A stretch of DNA of 64,000 bases, from contig MU061578.1 of assembly GCA_013265495.1 (NCBI GenBank), positions 2,303,308-2,367,307 on the forward strand, in the 5' to 3' direction. Below are positions 38,491 through 52,345 of this stretch, piece after piece. Origin of the DNA: Vicugna vicugna. Its lineage: Eukaryota. Every line of letters begins with the position of its first letter. Position 1 is the first letter of the stretch. The notes below the pieces were generated by a model. The model was not told the DNA's origin, searched no databases, and saw only the letters and a program-made list of their open reading frames with translations. The position numbers and the translations under genes are program-made.

Positions 38491-39614
38491 ATAGATAATA
38501 AATAAGTTGGACAAAATAGACTCAACTTTGAGTCCTGAAGAAATATGGTGAGGGAAGACAGGAGGCCTTTCCGTTTCTCAAAACTAAACCTCAGAAGGAA
38601 AATGGCAGAGGCAACGTGAGCAGACAACTGGATGGACACACCATTGAGCCATGGCCTCTGGCTAAGCCAGGACGAGGCTTGGGGCAGGTTCAACACACAT
38701 TCACTTCCTCAAACCTATTTCAAGCCATTCCTGGAGGGACAGGACTCCCTCCTGGACGCACTGACAATTCAGTTTTCAGGCTGCATGCATAGCCGCTGTG
38801 GCAGCACCTAAAGCCAGCTCAGAGCCCCTGCTGTCCTGGGCTGGGACTCTCACCTCTGTCTGCTGCTCTGTCTCAGGGCACACTGGCTCTTCTACCATCC
38901 GGCCCAGTCAGGCTCACTTCTTAGGCACTGCAGGTATCTTAAAGGACCATCTGTGGCCCAACTTACGGATCTGTTAGTTTTATCAGCTTAGCAATAAACT
39001 AGTTACTTTAAACAGTTTATTTTTATGGCAATTACCAAAAAATAATGAACTGTGCAGCGGGAGGGGGGAAATGTCAAAATTACCAAAACAGAGCGAACTA
39101 TGACCATAGTTGCATATCTCTTTGAGAGATGATGAAAACACCCAATCAGAATAGCACCCGGGTTATTTAAGAAACCCACAAGAACACATCACACAATACG
39201 CAGCATTCATTACTCATGTTAAAATGGTAGCAAATTCGAAAATCTGGTACAAGCATCTGGAGGGTAGTGCCTCCCTCTAGGTTCTAGGTGTGACGTGATT
39301 GGCCAAAGCTTCCTTTCTAGTCAACGGGCTTTGCTAGGGAAACCCACCGGGGGTGAGGGGTGCGCAGTGAGGGAAGCTTGGTGAGGTTTTCCTGGTCCTG
39401 AAGGAACCTGGTCATAAAAACTCAACAAGGAGTTAAGAATTTACATGAAATTACCCTCTCTTAATGGGGCACTTGGGAATACCATTTAATACCAGCCAGT
39501 CAACCAAAAGACCCTGCCTATAAACATCATTTCCCTGACCTCAGTCCTCCCACACCCCCAATCAACCTGTCTCACAGCTCTCCAAATGCAGAAAAAGGCA
39601 TTTGTATCCTAAAC

Positions 39615-40124
39615 CAGAGGCTCTTAACTTTGTGTGTGTGCCTTGAGCCTCTCTCATCTAATGAAGACTATGAACCTCTTCTCAGAATGTTTTTAAGTTC
39701 ATTAAAGTATAATACAAAGGCTTGCAAAGGGTGCCAACGCTATTGCAATAGAGTTATCAAAATATTTTTAAAACAAACGTGTAATTTGGCAAGAGATCAG
39801 TTTGTTTATTAATGCATTAAATAGCAAGGTCTAGCAGCAGTCCTAATAGCTATCATAATTTCAAAGTAGTGAGTGATGGGCTTAAATAATATTTGGAGAT
39901 ATTGGCAACAACTGTAATGTGATATGAAGAGATCCATGCATGGTTCGATTGATGACAGTCACAGATTCTGCTAAAAACCACTGTAGCTTGCTGTCTACAT
40001 TCATAATTGAAGGAAATGCTAGCTTTGCAGTTAGAACGAATGTAAATAAAGATGTCATTTTTTTCACACCCAAGATCACAGACTCCTTGAAGTCAATCTG
40101 CAGACCTCTGGTTAAAAATGTCTG
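39615..40124. mobile_element. MER119-like hAT-Charlie element
   Basis: Inverted termini 'cagaggctcttaac' and 'gttaaaaatgtctg'; internal 'cttctcagaatgtttttaa', 'attcataattgaaggaaatgcta'. Confidence 0.75.
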
Positions 40125-40919
40125 GTTCAGAACCTTCAGCAATCTAGGCAGTGGTTACTGCAAACCACAGCAAGTTGGAGGAAGATGTATTTCGGGTCCC
40201 AGCATTCACGATCTGAACATGTCCTGTCCTTGCTAGCCCTACCAGCCTGGGGCCCTAAACTGCTGCTTCCTTTCCTTCCTAGACTCATGCTCTGTCTCTC
40301 TAACTGGGCTGGGCTTCCTCTTCTCCTGAACCTGCATTCTTTTAACAATGCCTATGTGGTATGTTCATTCATCCATCCAACATACATTTCTTGGGAGCCT
40401 ATTATGTAACAGAGAGGGCTTAAGGCTGAAATAAACAAAGATAAAAGACACAGTTCTCAACCACAAGAAGCTACAGATCCTCATTCCCTAAGACTGCAAA
40501 CTTTCTGAGGTCAGGGGATCATGTCCTTAATGTTAACTCTATACACTCAGTGCTCAGCATACAGAAACACTCAATAAATATTTGTTGGATCAACAGATAT
40601 TTGTATGGAATGATGAGTATGTGGGTGGGTGGCTGAATGGGTGGGGTGGGTAGATGGATGGATGGATGGGTGGGGGAGTGAGCATATTACTTTTTATATG
40701 TTTGATATCCGTGGCTGCAGGTGTACCTTTATCCTCTCAGCTAAAATGTCCAGTTGGTTTTCCCAGTCTGATACTGAGGCCCAGAATTTCCTTCCATGTA
40801 CTGCTCATGGTTAAACCCTGTCCTGGTGAAGGAATAGCAGAGAATGGATGACCCACCAACAGAGTGACTGAATTGGAAACTCGCTGCAATTTGTCCAGAA
40901 TCAAAAAGCACCACTCCAA

Positions 40920-41027
40920 CATGAAAACAAATACATGTATGTATACGCATGACTGGGACACTGTGCTGTACACCACAGACTGACACGTTGTACATGACTG
41001 TACTTCAATAAAAAAAAAAAGAAGAAG
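40920..41027 (+). mobile_element. Young 5'-truncated L1 3' end with poly(A) and a 14-bp target-site duplication
   Basis: 'gactgggacactgtgctgtacacc...tacttcaataaaaaaaaaaa'; 'aagcaccactccaa' at 40906-40919 and 41028-41041. Confidence 0.88.
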
Positions 41028-41534
41028 AAGCACCACTCCAAGTTTCATCAGGTAAATCAAGTGTCTCGGTGTGATGATCAAAATTAGATGGTGACCCTTG
41101 AAGGCAGCCATTCAAGGCTCATGTCCAGGTCAGACAGCCTGGTCCCTGTCGGCTTGTTTCAGCCCCAGACTTGGATTGCAGTGGGACTGGTGTCCTGCTT
41201 GTATCAGGGTACCTTCCCAACCCTAACTGACGTCTTATTCATCTTACTCTTGGGGTCTTAGCTTCCTAACAGGTTGTTTGCCTACGTTATCAAATAGAGA
41301 GAATGAAACACCCAGGTCTGCTAGCATTTCTTCATCCTTGTCACCGCTCTGCTTGCTGGGTTGACTCTGGCATTGCTTCTCATGTATAACTGACTTGTGG
41401 CCCCATAGCCCATATCCTCTGCAGCCCTGCCCTACAGTCTAGATCGTGAAATGGGATCAAGGATCAGCACATCTCCATCTATCCCCTCCTTTATTCCACA
41501 AGTGAATACTTAGAGCACCTCTACATGAGAGATG

Positions 41535-41790
41535 AACTGTAGTGCACTAGTCCATACGTCAGACTCCAGAATCAGACTGCCTGGGTTCACATTCTCATTT
41601 CACCACCATTCACTGGCCCTGTGACTGTGGGTAAGGATTTCACTCACTCCAGCTTCAGTTTCCTTCTCTGTAAAACAGCGATGGAAGGATCCACCGAACT
41701 CTCTTAAGTTACATGGGTGAAGTATGAGAAAGACTGCAAAGCGTTTGTCATACAGTAAGAGTTTACACGTTAGCAGTTATACTAGTGTTG
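41535..41790 (+). mobile_element. MIR SINE
   Basis: 'agactccagaatcagactgcctgggttc...cttcagtttccttctctgtaaaa'. Confidence 0.85.
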
Positions 41791-41965
41791 TTGTTAGAAA
41801 ATTATGGTCCTTAAGGCCATTAGAGCTCGCTCTCGAGTTGGTAAAACCAGAGGTTTATAACTCGAGCAGACCATTCCCAAAGGAAAATGAGTAAATAGAT
41901 TCTCAATTAGAGGCATAAACCACACATACTGGGCGGTGGCAGTAGGAGATGTAGATCTTACATTG

Positions 41966-44030
41966 AGAGTTCTTAGCAGCAGCAGCAGCATTAATAAGAG
42001 TGCGAGGGGAAACTTTTGGAGGTGATGAATAGATTTTTGGTATAGACAGCAGGGATGGTTTCAAGGGTGTGTTCTTACCTCCAAACTTACCAAGTTATAT
42101 ACATTTAATATGCAAGCTTTTTGTATGTCAATCATACCTCAATAAAGTGGTTTTTTAAAAATAATAATGCAAACTTCTCCCAGCCAGCACTTTTAAATGA
42201 ATGTGAGGGAGCCACAGGACACACTACTGATGAAATTATATTAACAACAAACAACAATTTAAACTGTATGCTAGCCTTTCTGCTAAGTGCTTGAGATGCA
42301 GTCTTTCAGCTTTCACAACAACTCTTTAAGGTAGGTATTACGGTTCACGCTTTATAAAATAAGATACTTAAGATTTCAGAGTCAAAATCATTTGTCTATG
42401 CACATGCATCTCACAAGCAGTGAAGCAAAGATTTGAATCCAGTTTTCCCTGAGCCCCAAATCATTCGTGTTATTCATATTTTTGTTATTATCGATAATAA
42501 TTGATATGATTAGTGATTACTGTAAAACAGTGACTCCCAGTTAATCACTCAATAAGCATTTATGGAGCACCTACTACAAACACGACACTGAAAATCAGGG
42601 ATGACAGGTGGACACCGTCCTTCCCCTGTCCTAGGCTCAAAACCTAGAGATACTAGATTAGAGCACTACTTAGCCAACAATTACACAGACTTTAAAAAAT
42701 AAATTTCAGTGTAAAAAAGTAGTTCCAAGGAGAAATCAAAACAATACGAGGGCTTCAGTGGCACCTCCTACTAACTTATACCACTTGGAAGCTAAGGCTT
42801 GGGCGTAGAAGCTGTTGGGTCCTAACCCCACCCCCCACCTCACTCAAGGATTGTGCTGTGCCTGTGAAACGTGGGAAAAGCACAAAATGCACACCCAATT
42901 CTTCTGCCTGCAAATCTTAAACAAGGACATACAAAACACCACGCTGTGCAAAAGACAAGCGTGACAGCTCGTCACCCAATTCATTATTCCCGCTGTAGCT
43001 GCACCAGGACTCGCTATGGAAAATTCTGGGAAGGAATTTAAAGCACTATTCATCACGGAACCTGGCCCCACCCCATCCTCAAGTCTTTTTCCAGCCAGCT
43101 GTTGCTACAGATGTCACTTCCTGCCAGATGTGTTCATAAAAAGCCTCAATCAACCTCCAATCCCAACCAGCAGGAGGACGTTTGCAACCTTCGAGGTCTC
43201 TCCGCTCTCAGGCAATAAGACTCTTGCCCAGCTTTTTTTTTTTGTCAGTCTCACTCCATGAAATGGGTAAAAACTGTCACAGAGTCTGTACCAAAAAGAT
43301 TCATGGAACATGTTTTCCTATCAATAGTCCTTGACCCTACACTTTTATCACAAACTGTAATTTTCATAATTATAGAAGCCGCATCATTCCAGGAAATGTA
43401 GATCTCCTGTTATTCGTGACTTCTTTTCCAATTTTGAAGGAGGGAAAATTCAGGACCTGAATTGCTCCCCACTTTTATCAAATGTTGGGCAAACCCCAAG
43501 TTTCAAGTGAACTCAAGCCCTGTTACTTGAGGAACATTAAAATGGTTAACAAGACACATGAATTTTATATCCTGATTCAGCTATTGTGTCGTCTTGGGTA
43601 ACTCACACAAACTCTCGATGCGTGAGCTTTCTCGCCTGCAAAGTAGAAACCATCACACTACCTGTCTCACTGTAATGCTGGGAGGATGGAACGAAATAAT
43701 ACATGTAAAGTGGTTGGCATATAGAAAGTACTTAATCTATATCCTTTCCCTACACCCCTCCAAACATAAAATAACAGTTAATAGAAGAGTCTCTCGCTGA
43801 AGACAGGATTTCTAACTCAAAGTACTAAAAGGACTGGCATAGCAAAGAGAGAACAAATGTATTCTGGGTTTTCAGGGCAGAACTAGTACCATTCATTACC
43901 CATCCATTCATCTGCTCAATAAATATTTGTTGAGCACCTTATATGAGCCAGGCCCCACATCAGGTGCTGAAGACGGGTAGTGGACAGCAGGACAGACATG
44001 GTACGGGCTACCATGGAGCTCAGAGCCTGG
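41966..44030. repeat. Copy 1 of a 2065-bp apparently identical direct duplication
   Basis: Matches 44283-46347 at offset 2317; ORF-track peptides are identical (42844/45161, 43016/45333, 43594/45911). Confidence 0.97.
41995..42162 (+). mobile_element. L1MC/MD-like 3' terminus (repeated at 44312-44479)
   Basis: 'ggaaacttttggaggtgatgaatag...tgtatgtcaatcatacctcaataaagtggttttttaaaaa'. Confidence 0.8.
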
Positions 44031-44282
44031 NNNNNNNNNNNNNNNNNNNNNNNNNNNNNNNNNNNNNNNNNNNNNNNNNNNNNNNNNNNNNNNNNNNNNN
44101 NNNNNNNNNNNNNNNNNNNNNNNNNNNNNNNNNNNNNNNNNNNNNNNNNNNNNNNNNNNNNNNNNNNNNNNNNNNNNNNNNNNNNNNNNNNNNNNNNNNN
44201 NNNNNNNNNNNNNNNNNNNNNNNNNNNNNNNNNNNNNNNNNNNNNNNNNNNNNNNNNNNNNNNNNNNNNNNNNNNNNNNNNN
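44031..44282. other. Assembly gap (252 N)
   Basis: Run of n characters. Confidence 1.
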
Positions 44283-46347
44283 AGAGTTCTTAGCAGCAGC
44301 AGCAGCATTAATAAGAGTGCGAGGGGAAACTTTTGGAGGTGATGAATAGATTTTTGGTATAGACAGCAGGGATGGTTTCAAGGGTGTGTTCTTACCTCCA
44401 AACTTACCAAGTTATATACATTTAATATGCAAGCTTTTTGTATGTCAATCATACCTCAATAAAGTGGTTTTTTAAAAATAATAATGCAAACTTCTCCCAG
44501 CCAGCACTTTTAAATGAATGTGAGGGAGCCACAGGACACACTACTGATGAAATTATATTAACAACAAACAACAATTTAAACTGTATGCTAGCCTTTCTGC
44601 TAAGTGCTTGAGATGCAGTCTTTCAGCTTTCACAACAACTCTTTAAGGTAGGTATTACGGTTCACGCTTTATAAAATAAGATACTTAAGATTTCAGAGTC
44701 AAAATCATTTGTCTATGCACATGCATCTCACAAGCAGTGAAGCAAAGATTTGAATCCAGTTTTCCCTGAGCCCCAAATCATTCGTGTTATTCATATTTTT
44801 GTTATTATCGATAATAATTGATATGATTAGTGATTACTGTAAAACAGTGACTCCCAGTTAATCACTCAATAAGCATTTATGGAGCACCTACTACAAACAC
44901 GACACTGAAAATCAGGGATGACAGGTGGACACCGTCCTTCCCCTGTCCTAGGCTCAAAACCTAGAGATACTAGATTAGAGCACTACTTAGCCAACAATTA
45001 CACAGACTTTAAAAAATAAATTTCAGTGTAAAAAAGTAGTTCCAAGGAGAAATCAAAACAATACGAGGGCTTCAGTGGCACCTCCTACTAACTTATACCA
45101 CTTGGAAGCTAAGGCTTGGGCGTAGAAGCTGTTGGGTCCTAACCCCACCCCCCACCTCACTCAAGGATTGTGCTGTGCCTGTGAAACGTGGGAAAAGCAC
45201 AAAATGCACACCCAATTCTTCTGCCTGCAAATCTTAAACAAGGACATACAAAACACCACGCTGTGCAAAAGACAAGCGTGACAGCTCGTCACCCAATTCA
45301 TTATTCCCGCTGTAGCTGCACCAGGACTCGCTATGGAAAATTCTGGGAAGGAATTTAAAGCACTATTCATCACGGAACCTGGCCCCACCCCATCCTCAAG
45401 TCTTTTTCCAGCCAGCTGTTGCTACAGATGTCACTTCCTGCCAGATGTGTTCATAAAAAGCCTCAATCAACCTCCAATCCCAACCAGCAGGAGGACGTTT
45501 GCAACCTTCGAGGTCTCTCCGCTCTCAGGCAATAAGACTCTTGCCCAGCTTTTTTTTTTTGTCAGTCTCACTCCATGAAATGGGTAAAAACTGTCACAGA
45601 GTCTGTACCAAAAAGATTCATGGAACATGTTTTCCTATCAATAGTCCTTGACCCTACACTTTTATCACAAACTGTAATTTTCATAATTATAGAAGCCGCA
45701 TCATTCCAGGAAATGTAGATCTCCTGTTATTCGTGACTTCTTTTCCAATTTTGAAGGAGGGAAAATTCAGGACCTGAATTGCTCCCCACTTTTATCAAAT
45801 GTTGGGCAAACCCCAAGTTTCAAGTGAACTCAAGCCCTGTTACTTGAGGAACATTAAAATGGTTAACAAGACACATGAATTTTATATCCTGATTCAGCTA
45901 TTGTGTCGTCTTGGGTAACTCACACAAACTCTCGATGCGTGAGCTTTCTCGCCTGCAAAGTAGAAACCATCACACTACCTGTCTCACTGTAATGCTGGGA
46001 GGATGGAACGAAATAATACATGTAAAGTGGTTGGCATATAGAAAGTACTTAATCTATATCCTTTCCCTACACCCCTCCAAACATAAAATAACAGTTAATA
46101 GAAGAGTCTCTCGCTGAAGACAGGATTTCTAACTCAAAGTACTAAAAGGACTGGCATAGCAAAGAGAGAACAAATGTATTCTGGGTTTTCAGGGCAGAAC
46201 TAGTACCATTCATTACCCATCCATTCATCTGCTCAATAAATATTTGTTGAGCACCTTATATGAGCCAGGCCCCACATCAGGTGCTGAAGACGGGTAGTGG
46301 ACAGCAGGACAGACATGGTACGGGCTACCATGGAGCTCAGAGCCTGG
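44283..46347. repeat. Copy 2 of the 2065-bp duplication
   Basis: Begins 'agagttcttagcagc' immediately after the gap and matches copy 1 through 'cagagcctgg'. Confidence 0.97.
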
Positions 46348-48526
46348 GAAGCAATGGATGGAGTTACAGGAGAGACCCTGAAATGCATTGTGTGAATGAC
46401 CTTTCTAAAAATGTAAGCTATCTGCATGAGGCTGAGGGTTGGAATTCTGAAATCCCTTCCAGCCTAGAAGTCCTCTGAGAAACAGGAGCCCGGAGTCCAT
46501 TTTCTGGAGTTCATTTAAATTCTCTGCCCTTCTTATCCACACACCAGTATTTATTAACCTACTTTAATGTCTAGCACGTGGCAGCAATTAAATACATATT
46601 CAACCTATTATACCTAGTTTCATTGATTTAATGTCCATTTCACACATTATTTATCATATTGCTATTTCTTTTAAACATACCACATATTTTCTCCCTTCCC
46701 AAGAGCAGACAGTTTAAGAATATTCTTAGGTTAGAATAAAAGGCACACACACACACAAAAATGGAAAGTCAATCAACACATTGGTATATACCCTGGCTCT
46801 GACTCTTGGACATAAGTGTACATCTACGGACAGGTTAAACTCTAGGAGTTTCAATTTTCCCAGCTGGACAATAGACAAAGTTAAATAGTCCTTAACATTT
46901 AATATTGTACAGATAATCAAATGAGGCAATAGAGTACCCAAGTGCCTGGGTTGGTGCCTGGAACACAGTAGATACCCGATTAATGTACTTCTCCCCAACA
47001 CCAGATATATAAGGAAGTCATCTGGACTAGACAAGAATCTATAGGTCCCAACTGCTGTCTATGGTTGGTTAATAATATCTTCAAGATGCCAAGAAAAAAT
47101 GAAAAGGCAAGTTAGCATAACAGTTAAACAGCTAAGCTCTGGAGTAAGATTAAGTGTGCACAGACAGGTTGTGCTCCTCCTTAACTGAATGATCTTGACT
47201 AGTTCACTTCTCTGGACCTGAGCATCCCACTGTGTAAAGAGAGAATTCTCATGTTAACTGCAGAGTGCTATAAAAATTAAAGTATCCACGTAGAACCCAC
47301 TTAGCAGTGAGCCTGGCACAAAATAACCACTCCATGAAAATTTAGCCCTATTAGCCATATATTAGTTATCAGGATGATGCCAAAATAAATGGGATTTGGT
47401 AGTAAATGACTCAAACTAACTGGGATTTGGGTTTTTTTCCTGTTTTTTAGCCTGAAGTTTGGAAGAGAGTAGAGACTACCATACAGGGTAGTGGTACGAA
47501 GATCTCTGCGTCCCTGGCAAAGGAATTATTGGGACCTTTAAATTTTTTCTGAAAACTTCTATCAAAGTCTGGGTCTCTAGTCCTTTGGGGAAGAGCATGA
47601 CACTGACATAGTAGAAAGAAAAATGTTATAACCCACTGAATGTCCCAGCCACACAACTGTACCGCTCTACTCGAACAGAATCGAATCAAGAGATACTAAT
47701 CTGATTTCTGTTTTATTTCTAAAGGTTTATTAAAAGAAGACAAAGGAGTTGCAGGTGATTCATTAATTCAGATGTTTATGAGAACTAAGCACTGTTCTAG
47801 TCATTGTCCTAGGCATTGTGATGGATCTGGAGTTAAGACAGTGTCCAAGTGCTCCCCTCATAGAAACTAAATGGCAGATATTAATCAAATGGGTCACATT
47901 TGAAGATGGCACCACCTGTCAGCCCTACCCTTAGGTTGTTCTCCTAGGTGTGGAGATGGATAAGGCCCAGTATGTGCTTTCTCACTTGGATCTGAAAAGG
48001 TTGGTCTGGGGCAGGAGGTACAGGGGACCCAGAGTGCAATGCAATGCAATGGAGAATATGACCCACAGCAGGAGAGTCTCCACTGGCTGGGAAGAGATGT
48101 CCTAGGTTCTGAACAGGTGCCAAGATGCAGAATACACACTTTCCACCCTCTGGGAGCTTATAAATAAAGACAGGACATAGTACAAGCCAGACAGAGGGAG
48201 AGAGAGAGGGAAAGAGAGGAAATGAAAACTATAGGAGCTATAGGAGGGAGGGGCACAGCTCACCAGGAAGAAGGATCCTAGGGGCCTAGACAGCATCAGC
48301 CCCAGGCAGTCATGCCAAGTTGTGAGGGAGAGGTGAAAGAACTCGGGCTTTGAGAGGCTCAGAGGGGCTGCGTAGGAAAGGAACAGTGTGTCTTCATGTC
48401 CACTACAGGCCAGGCTGGCCCAGAAATATCTGTAGTTTGAGTCTTAGGGGATGTTTCTGGTTGGAGAGGAGAACATAGCTAGGAGGGAAAAAGGAAAGGA
48501 ACAAACATTCCTTCAGCAAACTCCAC

Positions 48527-48723
48527 ACTCAGTCCTATGGGCTCCAGGGAGGGCGGGGGAAGCCTGATTTGGAGTGTTTGCTGATTCCCATGGTGTAAAT
48601 ACTTCTACTAAGGCATGGCCGAGTTCAGGCTACAGCAGCTTAACCACTGGCTTTCAAGATTCCTAAAAATTTAACTATTGGCTCTTAGAAGCTGATATGG
48701 GCAGGCTCAGTGGTACATCACTG
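48527..48723 (-). mobile_element. MER63A-like hAT-Blackjack MITE inserted in a MIR (about 48500-48935)
   Basis: 'cctgatttggagtgtttgctgattcccatggtgtaaatact...gattcctaaaaatttaactattggctct'. Confidence 0.75.
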
Positions 48724-50074
48724 ATTATGGGACAAAGAATGGCTTGAAGCACTTTACTTGTATTATCTCAGTGATCAGTCACAGTCCAAGGAGGCTGTAG
48801 TTGTGGATCCATTTTACAGATGAGAGGACTGAGGCTCAGAGGATAAACTGACTTGTCTAGAGTGACACAGCAAGAGAATGATAGAGCTAGGATTTGACCC
48901 AGACTTATCCCACGGCAAAGTCTATACACTTTCCACGGCAGGTCTCAAACTCTTGACATCAGACTCATCAACCAAAAACCCACACCAGCTGGGCCCCCAC
49001 CCACCCACCCTGCTGGGTGAGTGACCGACCAGATGGAATCTCAGAACAGCCACAAAGTGAGAAGTAAGATAGATGAGCAGAAACTGGATTTATCCCTTCA
49101 TCCTTCAAGAGCCGAGAGAAGCCCTCCTGCCTACTGGCTTTGGCTGAGCTCTGCACAGTCCCCTAAATTCAGCATCCTTTCCGAGGGGGCACATATGGCC
49201 TGGACTCAGTGGCTGCAAGTAAACCAGCTGGGCTCGAGCCACCCTAGCCATAGCCTGTGGAAACAAGCAGTTCTAAGTACTTTTGGACAATGAATAATCT
49301 CTCCCACAGTCGGCACCTGTCCCTGAAGTCAAGCATCCCAAAGAGAGAAGGGCAGCTACTTATGAGGCGGAAAAAGCTGTTCTGTTAGGGGAGAGATGCA
49401 CAAGGGAGGCAGGCCAGAGGCAGTCACCTCAAGCCCAACACACAGCTCAGTGCCCCAACTTCTCCACACAGGTGAGCTCACGTACGTGTGCAGGGTGGGA
49501 CAGAGAGAGGCCTGGGAGGAGGGTTCCCGTTTACCCCGACTTAAGAAAAGATGCAGATGATGCCAACCACCTAGGTGCTGGGTCTGTTACATGCAGTAAC
49601 CCACTCGCCCTTGCAGATAACCTGTGACTTGGAAATTTTTTGCAGATGCGATAGCTGAGCCAGGGAAAGGAGATCTGTAATCTATCCAAGGTCCTACAGC
49701 TAGGAAGTGGCAGGACAGGGATTTGGGTTCCAGTCTGTCTGATTCCAAATCTTATGTTTTTTGTTCTTGTCTCCCTGTATCTCTGTGAAAGGGACACAGT
49801 ACATCTTCCATGTAGCTGGGCTCCTACACCCACTGGTCCTGGCTAAGTTTTTGAATGTTGGGTGGCTGGCCAGGAATATGGAGCAGGACATATAAAGACT
49901 TCTGGAATGGAGGTCAGGCTTGTAGGGTCTTGGCAAAGCATGAAAAGGTTACATAAATATGATCTTGTCACCACTCCTGCCAGGGAAGGGGAACACTGCT
50001 GAAAATAATAACTTCTTCTTAGCCCCCTGTGACATGTGGCTCCTTCCCCTGTTCCTACTAGGCCACAGAGGTAG

Positions 50075-50320
50075 GAAAGCCAGTGATTACGAGCATAGGC
50101 TTTGAGGTCAGACAAACCTGCATTCACTTCCAGATCTGGTCCTCTGGGTGAGTTAGTTAATCTCACTGAGCCTCAGTTTTTGCCATCTGAAAATTAAAGG
50201 CTGATGATAGCAGCTGCTTTATGAGGCTGTTGTAAAACTTAAAGGAGATCAAATATATGAAGCACTACATGGCATCTGATGACCAGCAGTCTCCCAGGCT
50301 ATGTTAGCTCTGCAACTGTC
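50075..50320 (+). mobile_element. MIR SINE
   Basis: 'ggctttgaggtcagacaaacctg...ctcactgagcctcagtttttgccatctg'. Confidence 0.8.
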
Positions 50321-51999
50321 ATCATCATCATTATTAAAAATATTTTGTTATCATTACACCCTCTCACTGATATGCAAATGAAGCTTATGTTTGGGCAAGA
50401 CTGATTAGAAGAAATTATGTAACAAGCACTCCCCACGTATGGCCAGAGAGGAACGCATTAAAGACGGAGGAAGGGAGGGGAGTCAGTGCGGACATAGGCA
50501 GGCTGAAATGGCTCACGGGGGTGCTAGGAGCATCATGCTATAAGTGGAGGACCAGGGCCTTAAGTGGTGGTGAACTGGTCACACACAGAATGGAACAAAG
50601 AGTGCTCTTTCCCCAGAAGGAATGCTGGCTCCTGACAGCCCTGGGAGGGCAGAAATGGATACAGATCCTAAAGGGTCTTGCAGCTCTAGGAGTGGCTGGA
50701 GGCACGATTTGGGATGTCTCTGCATGGGGTGAACTGCAGAAGGGCTCACAAGTGTCCTGCAACCAATACTGCAGTTTGCTTTAGAAGTGGCTGTCAAGAT
50801 GCTTGGATTCTCCTGGGAAACAGAGGGAGAAAGAAAGGGAGAAGTGACAGCAAAGGAGGACAGTGGGGGAAAGGAAAGGGAGAGAAATGAACCAGAGGGA
50901 AGGGAAAGGGTGAAAAATAAAAAAGAAGAAGGTAGATGGGGTTGGGGAAGAGACGGCACTCAACACTGCCCTGAGGGGTTCTCTGTATGCCATGCATTTG
51001 CTGAATTTCTGTCTCTGCCACCATTCCTACCTGCTGCCCACCCTCCATGAGAGCAAAGACAGTTCCTATCTGTGGTCAAGGCACAAAGTGAGCACTTGAG
51101 AAATGTTTGAGTGATGGAGGGAGGGAAAAAGGAGAGAGGAAAGAAGGAGAGAGGAGGAGGAAGGTAGGATCTTCTGGAACCCCTGTTACACGGGGAGGAA
51201 AGCCAAACTGGCCCCTCCCTCCCGGGGTTTATCTAAGCAGCTGGCAGAACTAAGGCAGTTTTGCTTAAAAATCATTTCCCAGGGGATTAGCATCCCCTTT
51301 CACACTTAAAAGCCTTCCCCAAAGCCAAAGAATGAATTGATTTTCCTATAACTAATCACACTCCCGTTTAATAGCAGGAAGCCGCTGCTTTATTTTCCAT
51401 CTCTGACTCTAAAAATGCAGACTGGGCATTCACCTCGCCTCTCCCCCACTGAGTGCAGGATGCAAAGATGATGAAGGAGCCCCACAGCAGGGCACCCTCC
51501 CTCTCCCCAAAACCACTGCAGCCGCAGCTGCCTCTGAAGAGCGTGACGAATGTGGCCAGAAAGCCCAGGGAGGGCACTTCACTCGTGGCGCCGTCAGCAC
51601 CAACCTCTCTGGCCCAAGCACCAGTCTGTTAGTCCAGGTAAGATCAAGAGTCTCATCTTGAGACCATTTCACCAGGACAGGGCTGCAGGCTGTGGAGTTC
51701 CTGCCGAAACCACAGGGGTTGTTGAGAGTGAAAATAATGCAGCAGTGTGTCCACAAGGACCCCAGCTTGCCTTCAAAGCCTTTGTTTGTGCAGCTGACGT
51801 GGTAAGTGCATGGCATCTACTCTCATCTAATCCCACTGTCTTAGCTCCCACTGTGGGAGGTACCAAACCAGTGACAGTTCTCGGGAACATGAGTGCCACC
51901 GGACTCCAATGAAGCTGTTCACTTTGCTCTACATTATCAAGGACTAACAGGTTCCACTCAAAGGCGGTCAGGTGGACTGTAGGGACCCAGATAAAATCC

Positions 52000-52345
52000 A
52001 ACCCACTTACATGTTGTCCACCTGAGTCATTGTGGAATGAAAAAGGGAAGTTACAGGTGATATCTTTCCATCTGCGTTCACTGAAAAGAAAATGTAAATC
52101 CACACGATACATCATTCATGGCTACTGATATTTGTAAAAGACAGAAAAATGGATGGAAAGGATAAAGATAAATTCATGGTAGGGGCTGCATCTCTGGAGG
52201 AGAAAAGGGAAATGAGAAAGGGAGAGGATGGGGTAGCTTAACTGTGAATTTTTTAAATTTTATTAAAGTGTTAGAAGAGACACATAACTGCGAACATTGA
52301 GGGGTGAGAACATGGTTGTTCTCCATTTTTTTACATTGTCTGTAC
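52000..52345 (+). mobile_element. Old L1 (L1ME-like) 3' UTR fragment
   Basis: 'tgtggaatgaaaaagggaagttacagg...aaattcatggtaggggctgcatctctggagg'. Confidence 0.55.

Noticed and set aside
43908..44381. Long ORFs with X runs
   Set aside because: They are artefacts of translating through the N gap.
42844..46117. Duplicated ORF trio as a tandem gene duplication
   Set aside because: They simply reflect the gap-flanking duplicated sequence, and the peptides show no sign of being coding.
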